From: a virus
Lineage: Duplodnaviria; Caudoviricetes
IMG/VR virus record: IMGVR_UViG_2855933439_000001
Location: 6,098-70,097 of that record
Length of the DNA stretch: 64,000 nt
Reading direction: 5' to 3' (one strand)
Shown: positions 17,205 through 26,706 of the stretch, piece by piece
Layout: the number at the start of each line of letters is the position of its first letter
Position numbering within the stretch: the stretch's first letter is position 1
Program-made: the position numbers and the translations under genes
The notes under the pieces: model-generated
Told to the model about the DNA's origin: nothing
Databases searched by the model: none
Seen by the model: the letters and a program-made list of their open reading frames with translations, nothing else

Positions 17205-17350
17205 GCGGAACGCCAATCGGAGCCGTGAATGACTCACGTGAGGCTGAAACATGGGACACTTGGGACAGATGGGATAACCCCTTTGAAATCAGATACTTAG
17301 CTTGTCCCAACTTGATTCTTTGATCTTCTAGAGTTGGGACAGTTGGGACA
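17057..17350. other. Putative replication origin: TGTCCCA/TGGGACA iterons and a long inverted repeat
   Basis: Ten exact heptamers in both orientations; perfect 22-bp inverted repeat 17126-17147 / 17252-17273; AT-rich patches; directly after the helicase. Confidence 0.7.
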
Positions 17351-17459
17351 AAGGCCGTCGAAGGGCGGTGTTGCCGCGCTAAATCGGCGATCGCAACCCG
17401 GCTTAAACCATTGATCCTGCATCATAAACGCTTCTCCAGTCGCGTACGAGGCGGGTGTC

Positions 17460-18368
17460 ATGCGCAAGCGGATCGGGATCGAGGACTTCCTGCGCTGGGC
17501 CTACCGCGACGAGCTGCCGAAGGCGCAGCCCGATCCGGGCCTGCTCGGCCCTGCGGGCTACCGGGGCGGCATGGGCGGCCTGGAACGCATGGCGGAGCTC
17601 GGCGTGCGGATCGATGTTCCCGACAACCGCTACGGGGTCGTGCCGAACGCCTGGGGCGGCGACGACCCGCACCCGGACGCGGTTCGGGCCGCGCATGCGG
17701 TCGAGGCCCTCCACGCACTCGAGCTCGAGCTGCCGGACGGTTGGAACCCGATCGCCGACATGGGGGAACTCGGCACGCTCGGCCCTGCCGCGGTCCAGCG
17801 GGCGCTCCACGGCCTCTGCTTCACCCACGCGTCTGGCCGGCGCACGTTGCGCCCCCACGCCACGCCGCGCCGGCTCGTGTTCCGACACGCCCTCCTGGGC
17901 GGAACGCCGGACTGGGAAGGGGAGGCGCCCGTCATTGCCCTCGTGACCGGCGGCAACGGCAAGCCGGCCTGGTTCCGGCGCGAGACCGTGATGGGGGAGG
18001 GTGGTGCCTACGAGATCGAGGTCGACGGGATGGACCGCAAGCGCCGCCTCCCGCACCCCGACGCGTACCAGAAGCCCTCCCTCTCCCCCGACCCCGTTGA
18101 GACGATCATGGGCCGGGGCGAGTACGAGATCTGGCGCTCGGTCCTCGATCTCCTGCACGCCGACTTGGCGCCGCAGCTCACCGCCTTCACGCTCGAGGGG
18201 TGCGCCCGGCCGATGCGTCCCTGGGAGACGGGGGATCTCCCGAAGCGTCGCGTTATCCACAGCCTTCTGCGCGTCGCTGCTCCCCCTCAGAAGGGGCCCT
18301 CGCGCCCTCTGGGACGGGCGCGCCGGCCCGCGTCCCCTGTGCGCCACGTGCTGCAAGGGGCAGCTTGA
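17460..18368 (+). CDS. Hypothetical phage protein at the Q (late regulator) position
   Basis: 302 aa, last gene before the late terminator and structural genes; function inferred from position only. Confidence 0.6.
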   Translation: MRKRIGIEDFLRWAYRDELPKAQPDPGLLGPAGYRGGMGGLERMAELGVRIDVPDNRYGVVPNAWGGDDPHPDAVRAAHAVEALHALELELPDGWNPIADMGELGTLGPAAVQRALHGLCFTHASGRRTLRPHATPRRLVFRHALLGGTPDWEGEAPVIALVTGGNGKPAWFRRETVMGEGGAYEIEVDGMDRKRRLPHPDAYQKPSLSPDPVETIMGRGEYEIWRSVLDLLHADLAPQLTAFTLEGCARPMRPWETGDLPKRRVIHSLLRVAAPPQKGPSRPLGRARRPASPVRHVLQGAA

Positions 18369-18414
18369 CGGCGCGCCTGGAATTTGGTGACAGTCCGGTC
18401 ACCCTCAGAAGGTC

Positions 18415-18451
18415 AGAAAAACCCCGGCGCACCCCGCCGGGGTTTTTCTTT
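18415..18451 (+). terminator. Strong bidirectional intrinsic terminator
   Basis: AGAAAAACCCCGGCG-CACCC-CGCCGGGGTTTTTCT, perfect 15-bp stem. Confidence 0.85.
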
Positions 18452-18520
18452 GGGCCGCAGGGCTTGTCCGAACCCGCTCGCCGCGGGCAGCGCCGCGGCA
18501 CTCACACCCCGGAGGCGACC

Positions 18521-18694
18521 ATGGGCTGCGCCTGCGCCGAGCGCCGCACCGCCCTCGTCGAGGGCGCCCGGGCGCTCCTGCGCGGCGACGCGCGGAGTGC
18601 AGCGCAGGGCGCGCGGCGGATCGGGCAGAGCCTGGCGCAGGACGCCGCGGCGCTCGCTCGCCAGATCGAACAGGCGCGGCGGCGGGCCCGATGA
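18521..18694 (+). CDS. Small hypothetical protein (57 aa)
   Basis: GGAGG RBS, MGCACAERR..., ATGA overlap with the next gene. Confidence 0.6.
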   Translation: MGCACAERRTALVEGARALLRGDARSAAQGARRIGQSLAQDAAALARQIEQARRRAR

Positions 18695-19275
18695 CCGGCG
18701 CCCTGACCGTCACGCTCGACGCCGCGGCCATCGCCCGGCTCGGCAACCAGATCGCGGCGACCGGCGCCAAGGCGCCGCTCGCGCTCGCCCGGGCGATCAA
18801 CCACACGGGCGACAAGGCCAAGACGCAGATGACCCGGGCGCTCGTCCCCCAAACGGGGCTGACGCGCCGGGTGATCGTCAAGGCCCTGCGCGTCCACAAG
18901 GCGGGCGCGGGGTCGCTGACCTACACGGTCACCGTCAAGGGCGGGGACATCCGCCTCAAGTACTTCAAGGCCCGCGAGACCGCGCAGGGCGTCTCGGCCG
19001 CGCCCTGGAACAAGCGCTCGATCTGGCCGCACACCTTCATGAAGGCCGGCTGGTGGCCGTCCCGGGTGGTCAAGCCCAACTGGAACGGCCAGGTCTTCGA
19101 GCGGGCGCTGTCGAAGACGAACAGCGGCATGGACCGCTTCACCGTCGTGCGCTCCGGCCTGTATCTCCCCGACGAGCTCGTGACGGGTGCGAGCCGCGCG
19201 GCCTTCGAGGCGGCGGTCGCCCGCGACCTGCCCGACCGGCTGGCGCACGAGCTCGGCCGGGTGCTCGGCGCCTGA
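18691..19275 (+). CDS. Tail completion-type protein (lambda gpZ / HK97 gp10-like)
   Basis: ALARAINHTGDKAKTQMTRAL, IRLKYFKARET; family assigned by resemblance. Confidence 0.65.
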   Translation: MTGALTVTLDAAAIARLGNQIAATGAKAPLALARAINHTGDKAKTQMTRALVPQTGLTRRVIVKALRVHKAGAGSLTYTVTVKGGDIRLKYFKARETAQGVSAAPWNKRSIWPHTFMKAGWWPSRVVKPNWNGQVFERALSKTNSGMDRFTVVRSGLYLPDELVTGASRAAFEAAVARDLPDRLAHELGRVLGA

Positions 19276-19299
19276 CCCCGCCGGCCCCGGCCGGCCCGC

Positions 19300-19350
19300 G
19301 GGTCCCTCCCCGGGCGATCGCCCCCCACGGGCGAGAGACCCCGGGTTCTT
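19300..19350 (+). other. Putative lambda-type cos site (cosQ + cosN)
   Basis: GGGTCCC (19300-06), 22 nt, then GGGCGAGAGACCCCGGGTTCTT, just upstream of terS; resembles lambda GGGTCCT..GGGCGGCGACCTCGCGGGTTTT. Confidence 0.6.
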
Positions 19351-19395
19351 GCCAGTGAGGCTGCCCCGAAAGCACGGTTGCCAGGGTTGTGAGAC

Positions 19396-19980
19396 GTGCC
19401 AACCGACGTTGCCACACCTGAGGTGATGTGGCCGGCCGCCCGGATTGCCGAGCGCGACGGCGTCACCCGCGAGGCGGTGCTCAAGCTCGTGCGCGACCAC
19501 GCCGCCCAGCACGGGCTCGCGGTCGAGCGCGACGGGCGCGGCCGCATCGCGCTGATCAACGTCGTCCAGTACGACCACCTGCGGGGCCGCTACGCCGACC
19601 CCTCGAAGGCGCAGGCCTCGAAGGCCGCCGCGCCGCCCGCGCCGGCCCCGGCCGACAGCTACGACGAGGCCCTGCGCCAGCGCGCCTGGCACGACGTCGA
19701 GAAGCGGCGGCTCGAGGTCGGCGACCTGCGCAAGCAGCTCCTGCGGCGCGACCGCTACGAGGCGGCCGTCGCGCAGGCCGCCGCCGAGATGGCGCGGTAC
19801 ATCGATCAACTGCCCCAGGAGGCGGACGCGATCGGCCGGGCGCTCGGCCTGGAGAACGTCCACACCCTGCGGCTCGAACTCAAGAATGCGGCGGCCCGGA
19901 TGCGCGCGAAGATCGCGGGCGCGTTCCAGGCCATGGCCGCGGAGGCGCCGGCGACGGACGAGGAGGTGCCGGCGGAGTAG
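19396..19980 (+). CDS. Terminase small subunit (Nu1-like)
   Basis: N-terminal wHTH (AARIAERDGVTREAV), coiled coil, directly upstream of the large subunit. Confidence 0.8.
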   Translation: MPTDVATPEVMWPAARIAERDGVTREAVLKLVRDHAAQHGLAVERDGRGRIALINVVQYDHLRGRYADPSKAQASKAAAPPAPAPADSYDEALRQRAWHDVEKRRLEVGDLRKQLLRRDRYEAAVAQAAAEMARYIDQLPQEADAIGRALGLENVHTLRLELKNAAARMRAKIAGAFQAMAAEAPATDEEVPAE

Positions 19981-19985
19981 CGGGA

Positions 19986-22037
19986 ATGAGCGGCTTTTCC
20001 GGCGCGGCCAGACTGGTGACCGGCCGGATCGGCCAGGTCCTCGAGCCGCGCCCCCCGGTGGCCGTCTCGCAGTGGCTCGCCGACAACCTCGTCCTCATCG
20101 ACGGCCCGCTTGCCGGGCAGCGCTGGAACCCGGCTGGGGCGCCCTACCTCACTGAGATCGCCGACTGCCTCGGCGACGATCATCCCTGCAACCTCGTCAC
20201 GGTGCGCAAGAGCCAGCAGACCGGCGCCTCGATCCTGGCGCTCGGCTGGATGCTCTACATCGCCGACCAGGAGCCGGCGAACACGCTCTACGGCGTGCCC
20301 GGCATCGACTTTTTGCGCGACATCAACGGGCAGAAGCTCCAGCCCCTGATCGACGCGTGGCAGAAGCGTGCCGGCCGGGTCGTGATCGAGCCGCAGACCA
20401 GCCGCTCGGGCGCCGGCTCGACCACCTACGAGAAGAAATTCCCGGGCGGTTACGTCTCGCTCGGCAACGCCAACTCGGTCATGGACCTCTCGTCCAAGAC
20501 CACGAAGAAGGGCGTCAAGGACGAATTGTCGAAGTGGGCCGACATTCCGGGCTTCGGTGACCCCGAGACCCTGTTCTTCGGCCGGTTCACGGCGTTCCGG
20601 CGCACGAAAGACTACAAGATCCTGGAGATCTCGACGCCCGAGATCGACACCGGCGACGAGACGGGCGAGAAGCCCGGCCACTGCCGGATCGACCGGTCGT
20701 TCCGGCGCTCCGATCAGCGGTTCTGGAACCTGACCTGCCCGGGCTGCGGCAACCTCTTCGTCCATGACTTCGAGCGGCTGCGGATCGACGCCGCGCATCC
20801 CCACCGCACCCGCTACGAATGCCGGTGCGGGCACCACGTCACCGAGGCCGAGCGGGTCGAGGCGTTGCGGGACGGGCGCTGGATCCCCTCCGTCGAGGGC
20901 GAGGGGCGCCATCCGGGCTTTCACATCGACGCGTTCATCTCGCTCATGATGAGCTACGAGGCGATCGCCGAGGACTGGCTCAAGAACGCGAAGAAGGGCG
21001 ACAAGGGCGCCAAGGACTTCTCGAACCTGACCCTCGGGCTGCCCTACCGCCAGCGCGGCGACGCCCCCGACCACACCCGCCTGATGGAGCGGCGCGAGGA
21101 CGGGCTCACGCGCTTCCACGTGCCGGCGCAGGGCCTGCTCCTCGTGGCGAGCGCCGACGTGCAGATGCGCGGCATCTGGTACGAGGTCGTGGCCTTCGCA
21201 CCCGACGGTCAGAGCTGGACGGTCGACGCGGATTACATCCCGGGCGACCCCGCCGACTCGCGGAGCGAGGTCTACGGCCTCCTCCTCGACCGGACGCTCC
21301 GGCGCGAGTTCCCCGACGCGTTCGGGCGCACGCGGCGGGTCGACGTGCTCGGGATCGACACGGGCTACCTCTCGAACGCCGTCTACGGCTTCGTGCGGCT
21401 GAACCAATCGATCAACCTCAACACCGGGCACGACACGATCCTGGCGCTCGACGGCGTGCCGGGCTGGCAGAAGCCGCCGATCGGGCAGCGGCGCGAGGTC
21501 GAGGTCGACCTCGACGGACGCAAGATCAAGGGCGGCGTCCACATCTATCCGGTGGGGACCTGGGGCCTCAAGTCCTGGCTCTACAACGCGCTGCACAAGG
21601 CCGGCGTCCGCTCGGGCGAGCGGGTCGATCCGCCCGGCTACTGCCACTTCGGCATGTGGCTCGACGAGACGTACTTCAAGCAGCTCACGGGTGAGCGGCT
21701 CGAAGACGTGATCGTCAAGGGGCAGGTGACCACCCGAAAGTGGGCGAAGACCACCGACAACCACCTGCTCGACTGCCGGGTCTACAACCTGGCGCTCGCC
21801 GAATACCTTGGGCTCTCCTCGATGAGCCCGGACGAATGGGCCGCGCTCGCGCGGGCCCGCGGACTGCCGGACGAGCTCTCGCACGTCGACCTCTTCACGC
21901 CTGCGCGGAGGTTAGCGACGTCGCCCGAGGGCTCGTCCGGCGCACCCCTGGCGCCCGTGCCGGCGCCGCCCCCGCCCGAGCCTCCGGCGCCGCCCCCGGC
22001 ACCGAGCTGGTTCGACCGCCCGACCGACTGGTTCTGA
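19986..22037 (+). CDS. Terminase large subunit, lambda GpA family
   Basis: ATG 19986; VRKSQQTGAS, KDELSKW, ISTPE, CPGC/CRC zinc site, ADVQ, IDTGY, NHLLDCRVY. Confidence 0.95.
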   Translation: MSGFSGAARLVTGRIGQVLEPRPPVAVSQWLADNLVLIDGPLAGQRWNPAGAPYLTEIADCLGDDHPCNLVTVRKSQQTGASILALGWMLYIADQEPANTLYGVPGIDFLRDINGQKLQPLIDAWQKRAGRVVIEPQTSRSGAGSTTYEKKFPGGYVSLGNANSVMDLSSKTTKKGVKDELSKWADIPGFGDPETLFFGRFTAFRRTKDYKILEISTPEIDTGDETGEKPGHCRIDRSFRRSDQRFWNLTCPGCGNLFVHDFERLRIDAAHPHRTRYECRCGHHVTEAERVEALRDGRWIPSVEGEGRHPGFHIDAFISLMMSYEAIAEDWLKNAKKGDKGAKDFSNLTLGLPYRQRGDAPDHTRLMERREDGLTRFHVPAQGLLLVASADVQMRGIWYEVVAFAPDGQSWTVDADYIPGDPADSRSEVYGLLLDRTLRREFPDAFGRTRRVDVLGIDTGYLSNAVYGFVRLNQSINLNTGHDTILALDGVPGWQKPPIGQRREVEVDLDGRKIKGGVHIYPVGTWGLKSWLYNALHKAGVRSGERVDPPGYCHFGMWLDETYFKQLTGERLEDVIVKGQVTTRKWAKTTDNHLLDCRVYNLALAEYLGLSSMSPDEWAALARARGLPDELSHVDLFTPARRLATSPEGSSGAPLAPVPAPPPPEPPAPPPAPSWFDRPTDWF

Positions 22038-22049
22038 GGACGCGCCCCG

Positions 22050-22250
22050 ATGGCCTGGACGACCGCCGATCTCGACGCGATCAACCAAGCCATCGCCACG
22101 GGTGCGTCCAAGGTGCGCTTTGCCGACAACCGCGAGGTAACCTACCGCTCGCTCGCCGACATGCGCTCGGTGCGCGACGAGATCGCGGCCTTCCTCGGCC
22201 TGAAACCCGCGCCGCTGTGCACCACCTACGCCAGCTTCGGACGGGACTGA
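22050..22250 (+). CDS. Head-tail joining protein, gpW-like
   Basis: AINQAIATGASKVRFADNREVTYRSLADM between terminase and portal. Confidence 0.85.
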   Translation: MAWTTADLDAINQAIATGASKVRFADNREVTYRSLADMRSVRDEIAAFLGLKPAPLCTTYASFGRD

Positions 22251-22253
22251 CCG

Positions 22254-23777
22254 ATGTCGCTCGCCCTGAAGGCGCTGACCGCGCTCGCCTGGGTGGCGCC
22301 GCGGGCGGCCATGACGCGCGCCCACGCCCTCGGCCTCGTCGAGGGGACGCGCGGCTACGACGGCGCCAAGGTCGGCCGGCGGGCCGACACCTTCGCCGGC
22401 GGCGCGACCTCGGCTAACGTCGAGATCGGCACGGCGCTCGCGCGCCTGCGCAACCGCTCGCGGGACTTCGCCCGCAACACGGCGGCCGGCCAGCGCGTGC
22501 TCGACATCAAGACCGCGCACACGATCGGCACCGGCATCCTCGCGGTACCCGACAACGGATCGGACCGGATCGACAACCAGGTCCGGCAGGAATGGGACGA
22601 CTGGTGCGCCGTCTCCGACGTCGAGGGCGTGCTCGACTTCGCCGGCCAGCAGGTCACGGCCTACCGCACGACCTGCGAGGGCGGCGAGGCGGTCGTGCGC
22701 CGCGTCATCCGCCCGCTCTCCTCCGGGATGCGGGTTCCGCTGCAGCTCCACGTCCTCGAGGGCGACTGGATCGACACAGCCCGCGATCTCGGCCTGTTCG
22801 AGGGCCAGAACTCGCGCCTCGGCGTGGGTCTCGGCGACTACGATCGGCGTACGGGCTACTGGCTGCACGTACAGCATCCGGGCGACTTCAACTTCTACGG
22901 CTCGCCCTTCGTCTCGAAATTCGTCGAGGCTTCCGAGGTGATCCACCTCTACCGGCCCCTGCGGCCGGGCCAGGTGCGCGGCGTGCCGGTGTTCGCGCCC
23001 GTGCTGATGACGGCGCGCGATCTCGCCGACCTGATGGACGCGGTTCTGGTCAAGGCCAAGACCGAGGCGTGCTTTGCCGCCTTCGTCGAGACGAACGGCG
23101 AGCAGCAGAGCAACGTCGGCCAGGTCGTCAAGGAGGGCGGAGTCGCCCGGCGCCTGATCGAGAAACTCGCGCCTGGGATGATCAACTATCTCAACCCCGG
23201 CGAGAAGGTGAGCTTTGCCGCGCCTACCGGGTCGGGCCAGTTCGAGCCGGTCTGGCTCGCCGGCCAGATGGCGCTCGCGGCCGGCACCGGCATCACCTAC
23301 GACCAGCTCACGGGCGACCTCCGGCAGGCGAACTACTCTAGCCTGCGGGCCGGCAAGATCGAGAACCGGCGCCTGACCGAGCAGGAGCAGCACCTGATGC
23401 TGGTGCCGCAGCTCATGCGGCGCGTGACCGGTTGGTGGACCGATACTGCGATCGCCGCCGGGGCCCTGAAGCCCCGCAAGGACGGCTATCGCTGGAACTA
23501 CGTCATGCCGGCGGTCGAGCCGATCGACCCCAGGAAGGACCTCGAGGCCGACATCCTGGCGGTGCGCGCCGGCCGGATGACGCCCCAGACCTTCATCGGT
23601 TCATGGGGCGAAGACTGGCGCAAGGTCATCGCCGACACCAAGGCCTTCTTCGAGCTCGCCGACAAGGACGGCCTCGTCCTCGACATCGACCCGCGCCGCA
23701 CCTCGCAGCTCGGCGTCGCGCAGTCGCCTGGCGGCGAGGGCTACGCCACCGATCCGCCGAAGCCTGGCGCCGACTGA
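22254..23777 (+). CDS. Portal protein, lambda family
   Basis: GYDGA, LRNRSRD, RPGQVRGVP, TGDLRQANYSSLRAG, IDPRKD. Confidence 0.95.
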   Translation: MSLALKALTALAWVAPRAAMTRAHALGLVEGTRGYDGAKVGRRADTFAGGATSANVEIGTALARLRNRSRDFARNTAAGQRVLDIKTAHTIGTGILAVPDNGSDRIDNQVRQEWDDWCAVSDVEGVLDFAGQQVTAYRTTCEGGEAVVRRVIRPLSSGMRVPLQLHVLEGDWIDTARDLGLFEGQNSRLGVGLGDYDRRTGYWLHVQHPGDFNFYGSPFVSKFVEASEVIHLYRPLRPGQVRGVPVFAPVLMTARDLADLMDAVLVKAKTEACFAAFVETNGEQQSNVGQVVKEGGVARRLIEKLAPGMINYLNPGEKVSFAAPTGSGQFEPVWLAGQMALAAGTGITYDQLTGDLRQANYSSLRAGKIENRRLTEQEQHLMLVPQLMRRVTGWWTDTAIAAGALKPRKDGYRWNYVMPAVEPIDPRKDLEADILAVRAGRMTPQTFIGSWGEDWRKVIADTKAFFELADKDGLVLDIDPRRTSQLGVAQSPGGEGYATDPPKPGAD

Positions 23778-23804
23778 CCCCCAACCCCCCAGGAAAATCC
23801 GACG

Positions 23805-25871
23805 ATGAGCGGCATCCGTGCGGCGCTGACGCGCGCCGTCTCCAACGCGCTGACGCGCGCGGCCACGACGCCCCGCATGGGCCCCGACGGGTTCGAGCCT
23901 GGCTCGACCGTCACCCGCGCGGCGAGCTTCGTGCCCGGCACTTACGACGCGGCCGCCCGCACGATCGAGGCGGTGTTCTCGAGCGGCGCCCGGATCCGGC
24001 GCTGGGGCGCCTTCGAGGAGCTCGCGGTCGGACCGGAGGCGGTCGACCTCGGCCGCGCCATCGACGGCCGCATGGCGTTCCTGTTCAACCACGACCAGGC
24101 CCGGCCGATCGGCGTGGTCGAGGAGGCCCGCTTCGACGCGACCGGCCTCGCGGGGCGCTTGCGCTTCGCCGACACCGAGGACGGCCGCGCCTTCGAAGGC
24201 ATGGTCTCGCGCGGCGAGCTCTCGTCGATCTCGGTCGGCTACCGCGTCACCTCGTGGACGCTGACCAGCGTCGAGGACGACACCGAAATCTGGCGGGCGG
24301 ACAAGTGGGAGCTCCTCGAGGTCTCCCTCGTGACCGTCCCCGCCGATCCCCGGGCGGCCGTGCGCAGCACGCCCGCCGAACCCACCCCCACCCCCCGGGC
24401 GCAGGCCCAAACCGAGGAGAGCGACGTGCTTCGTCGTCATTCGCCGCAGGCGGGCCCGGCGCCCGTTGAGACCGTCGCTCCCGAGGCCCCCGAGACCCGC
24501 GCCGCCCCGGCCGCGGCTCCGGCACCCGCCCCCGTGCTGGCCGTCGACGGCCAAGCGCAGGTGCGCGCCGAGCGCGCCCGCGCTGCCGAGATCCGCGAGA
24601 TCGGCCGCCGCTCCGGGATGCCGCAGGCCGACATCGACGCCGCGCTCGACGGCGACACCGGCGCCGAGGCCTTCCGCATTCGCGCCTTCGACTTCATGGC
24701 CGCCCGCTCGGATGCCTCCATGACCCGCAGCGTGCCCCGTGCCCAGGTCACCGGCCCGTCCGAGGTCGAGCAGCGCGGCGCGGCGATCGAGAACGCGCTG
24801 ATGCACCGCTTCGACCCGAAGGGCGTGCAGCTCTCCGACCAGGGCCGGCTGTTCCGCGGCATGACGCTGCTCGAGATCGGCTCCGACCTGCTCGAGGGCG
24901 CCGGCGTGCGCACGCGCGGCATGTCCAAGCACGAGCGCGCCCAGGCGATGCTCGAGATGCGCTCAGGCGTGTCCGACATCGCGATCCGCTCGGGCGGCTC
25001 GCTCTCCACCTCGGACTTCCCCAACATCCTGGCGAATGTCGCCAACAAGACCCTGCGGATGGGCTACCAAGCCGCCCCGCAGACCTTCCGGCCGCTCGTG
25101 CGCGTGGTCACCGTGCCGGACTTCAAGCCGGTGAGCCGCGTCCAGCTCGGCGAGGCGCCCCAGCTCGAGAAGGTCAACGAGCACGGCGAGTTCAAGCGCG
25201 GCAAGATGGGCGACGCCGGCGAGAAGTACGCCGTCGCGACCTACGGCAAGATCGTCTCGATCACCCGTCAGGTCATCATCAACGACGACCTCGACGCCTT
25301 CACGCGCATCCCGCGCGCGTTCGGCGTGGCGGCGGCGAACCTCGAGAGCGACCTCGTCTGGGGCCAGATCACCGGCAATCCGGCGCTCGCCGACGGGTTC
25401 AACGTGTTCGACGGCACGAACCACAAGAACGTCGGCACCGGCGCGCCCACCATCGGGGCCGCCGGCGTCGGCGCGGCGCGCCAGATGATGCGGGTCCAGA
25501 CCGGCCTCGACGGCAAGACGCTGCTCAACGTCACCCCGACCTACCTCGTGGTGCCGACCGCCCTCGAGACGGTCGCCGAGCAGTTCCTGGGGCAGATCTA
25601 CCCGACGAAGTCTTCGGACGTCGTGACGGCGTCGATGAAGAAGCTTCAGGCAGTTTCCGAGCCCCGCCTCGACGTCGCCTCGGCCTCGACCTGGTATCTC
25701 GCCGGCTCGCCCGAGCAGATCGACATCATCGAGCTCGCCTACCTCGAGGGCCAGGAGGGGCTCTACACCGAGACCCGCATGGGCTTCGACGTCGACGGCG
25801 TCGAGGTGAAGGTCCGCCAGGACGTCGCCGCCAAGGTGATCGACTTCCGCGGCCTGTGGCGCTCGGCCTGA
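23805..25871 (+). CDS. HK97-type prohead protease fused to major capsid protein
   Basis: Protease LFNHD and ISVGY, WELLEVSLV; low-complexity linker; capsid STSDFPNILANVANK, TYGKIVSITRQVIINDDL. Confidence 0.9.
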   Translation: MSGIRAALTRAVSNALTRAATTPRMGPDGFEPGSTVTRAASFVPGTYDAAARTIEAVFSSGARIRRWGAFEELAVGPEAVDLGRAIDGRMAFLFNHDQARPIGVVEEARFDATGLAGRLRFADTEDGRAFEGMVSRGELSSISVGYRVTSWTLTSVEDDTEIWRADKWELLEVSLVTVPADPRAAVRSTPAEPTPTPRAQAQTEESDVLRRHSPQAGPAPVETVAPEAPETRAAPAAAPAPAPVLAVDGQAQVRAERARAAEIREIGRRSGMPQADIDAALDGDTGAEAFRIRAFDFMAARSDASMTRSVPRAQVTGPSEVEQRGAAIENALMHRFDPKGVQLSDQGRLFRGMTLLEIGSDLLEGAGVRTRGMSKHERAQAMLEMRSGVSDIAIRSGGSLSTSDFPNILANVANKTLRMGYQAAPQTFRPLVRVVTVPDFKPVSRVQLGEAPQLEKVNEHGEFKRGKMGDAGEKYAVATYGKIVSITRQVIINDDLDAFTRIPRAFGVAAANLESDLVWGQITGNPALADGFNVFDGTNHKNVGTGAPTIGAAGVGAARQMMRVQTGLDGKTLLNVTPTYLVVPTALETVAEQFLGQIYPTKSSDVVTASMKKLQAVSEPRLDVASASTWYLAGSPEQIDIIELAYLEGQEGLYTETRMGFDVDGVEVKVRQDVAAKVIDFRGLWRSA

Positions 25872-25961
25872 TCGGCCAGGCCCCGGCCCTCGTGACGCGG
25901 GCCGCCTGACGCGGCCCGCGATCCTCCCGGCAACCCCCATCCCTCGAGGCCAGTCCACCCC

Positions 25962-26291
25962 ATGCGCAACTTCGTGCAGAAAGGCGAGGTCGTCACCCTG
26001 ACCGCGCCCGCCAACCTCCTGTCCGGCGACGTCGTGATCGTCGGCGCCATCTTCGGCGTCGCAGCCGCCGACGCGCTCTCGGGCGCCGACGTCGAGGTCG
26101 TGACCGGCGGCGTCTACGACCTGCCCAAGGTCTCGGCCCAGGCCTGGACGCAGGGCGCCGCCGTCTACTGGGACGCCACCGCCAAGAACGCCACCACGAC
26201 GGCGGGGAGCAATACCAAGCTCGGCGTCGCGGTGCTGGCGGCCGCCAATCCCTCGGCCGTCGGCCGCGTGCGGCTCAACAAGTCGTTCTGA
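25962..26291 (+). CDS. DUF2190 family head decoration protein
   Basis: MRNFVQKGEVVTLTAP...GVYDLPK...VYWD. Confidence 0.85.
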   Translation: MRNFVQKGEVVTLTAPANLLSGDVVIVGAIFGVAAADALSGADVEVVTGGVYDLPKVSAQAWTQGAAVYWDATAKNATTTAGSNTKLGVAVLAAANPSAVGRVRLNKSF

Positions 26292-26298
26292 GGCGCCC

Positions 26299-26706
26299 AT
26301 GCCCGCGCCGTTCGCCGCACTCGCCCGCGCCGCCAGCCGCACGGTCGATGCGGTCTACGCCGAGGGCTTCACGCTCCAGCCCCGCACGGCGCCGCTCGTC
26401 GGCGCCGTGCGGGACGTCAACGCTCGGCCGGTCGTCGACACGGCGCGCCTGGCGGTCGCCTTCCGGGGCGTCTGGGTGGCGCCCGGCGCCATGATGAACG
26501 CCCATGGCCGGGCGATGTCTGACGCGACCACGAAGGCGATCGCGGGCGAGAAGCCCCGGATCGACGTCGACGTCGCGCGCCTGCCCCAGCGCCCGGTCCA
26601 GGGCGACCTGATCATCCGGACCGACACGGGCGAGCGCTACCAGGTCACCGACTACCTGCCGGTCGACCTCGGGCGCGCCCAGATCCACCTCGCGGAGATC
26701 CGATGA
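26299..26706 (+). CDS. Head-tail attachment protein (gpFII-like)
   Basis: Position; PVQGDLIIRTDTGERYQV. Confidence 0.65.
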   Translation: MPAPFAALARAASRTVDAVYAEGFTLQPRTAPLVGAVRDVNARPVVDTARLAVAFRGVWVAPGAMMNAHGRAMSDATTKAIAGEKPRIDVDVARLPQRPVQGDLIIRTDTGERYQVTDYLPVDLGRAQIHLAEIR

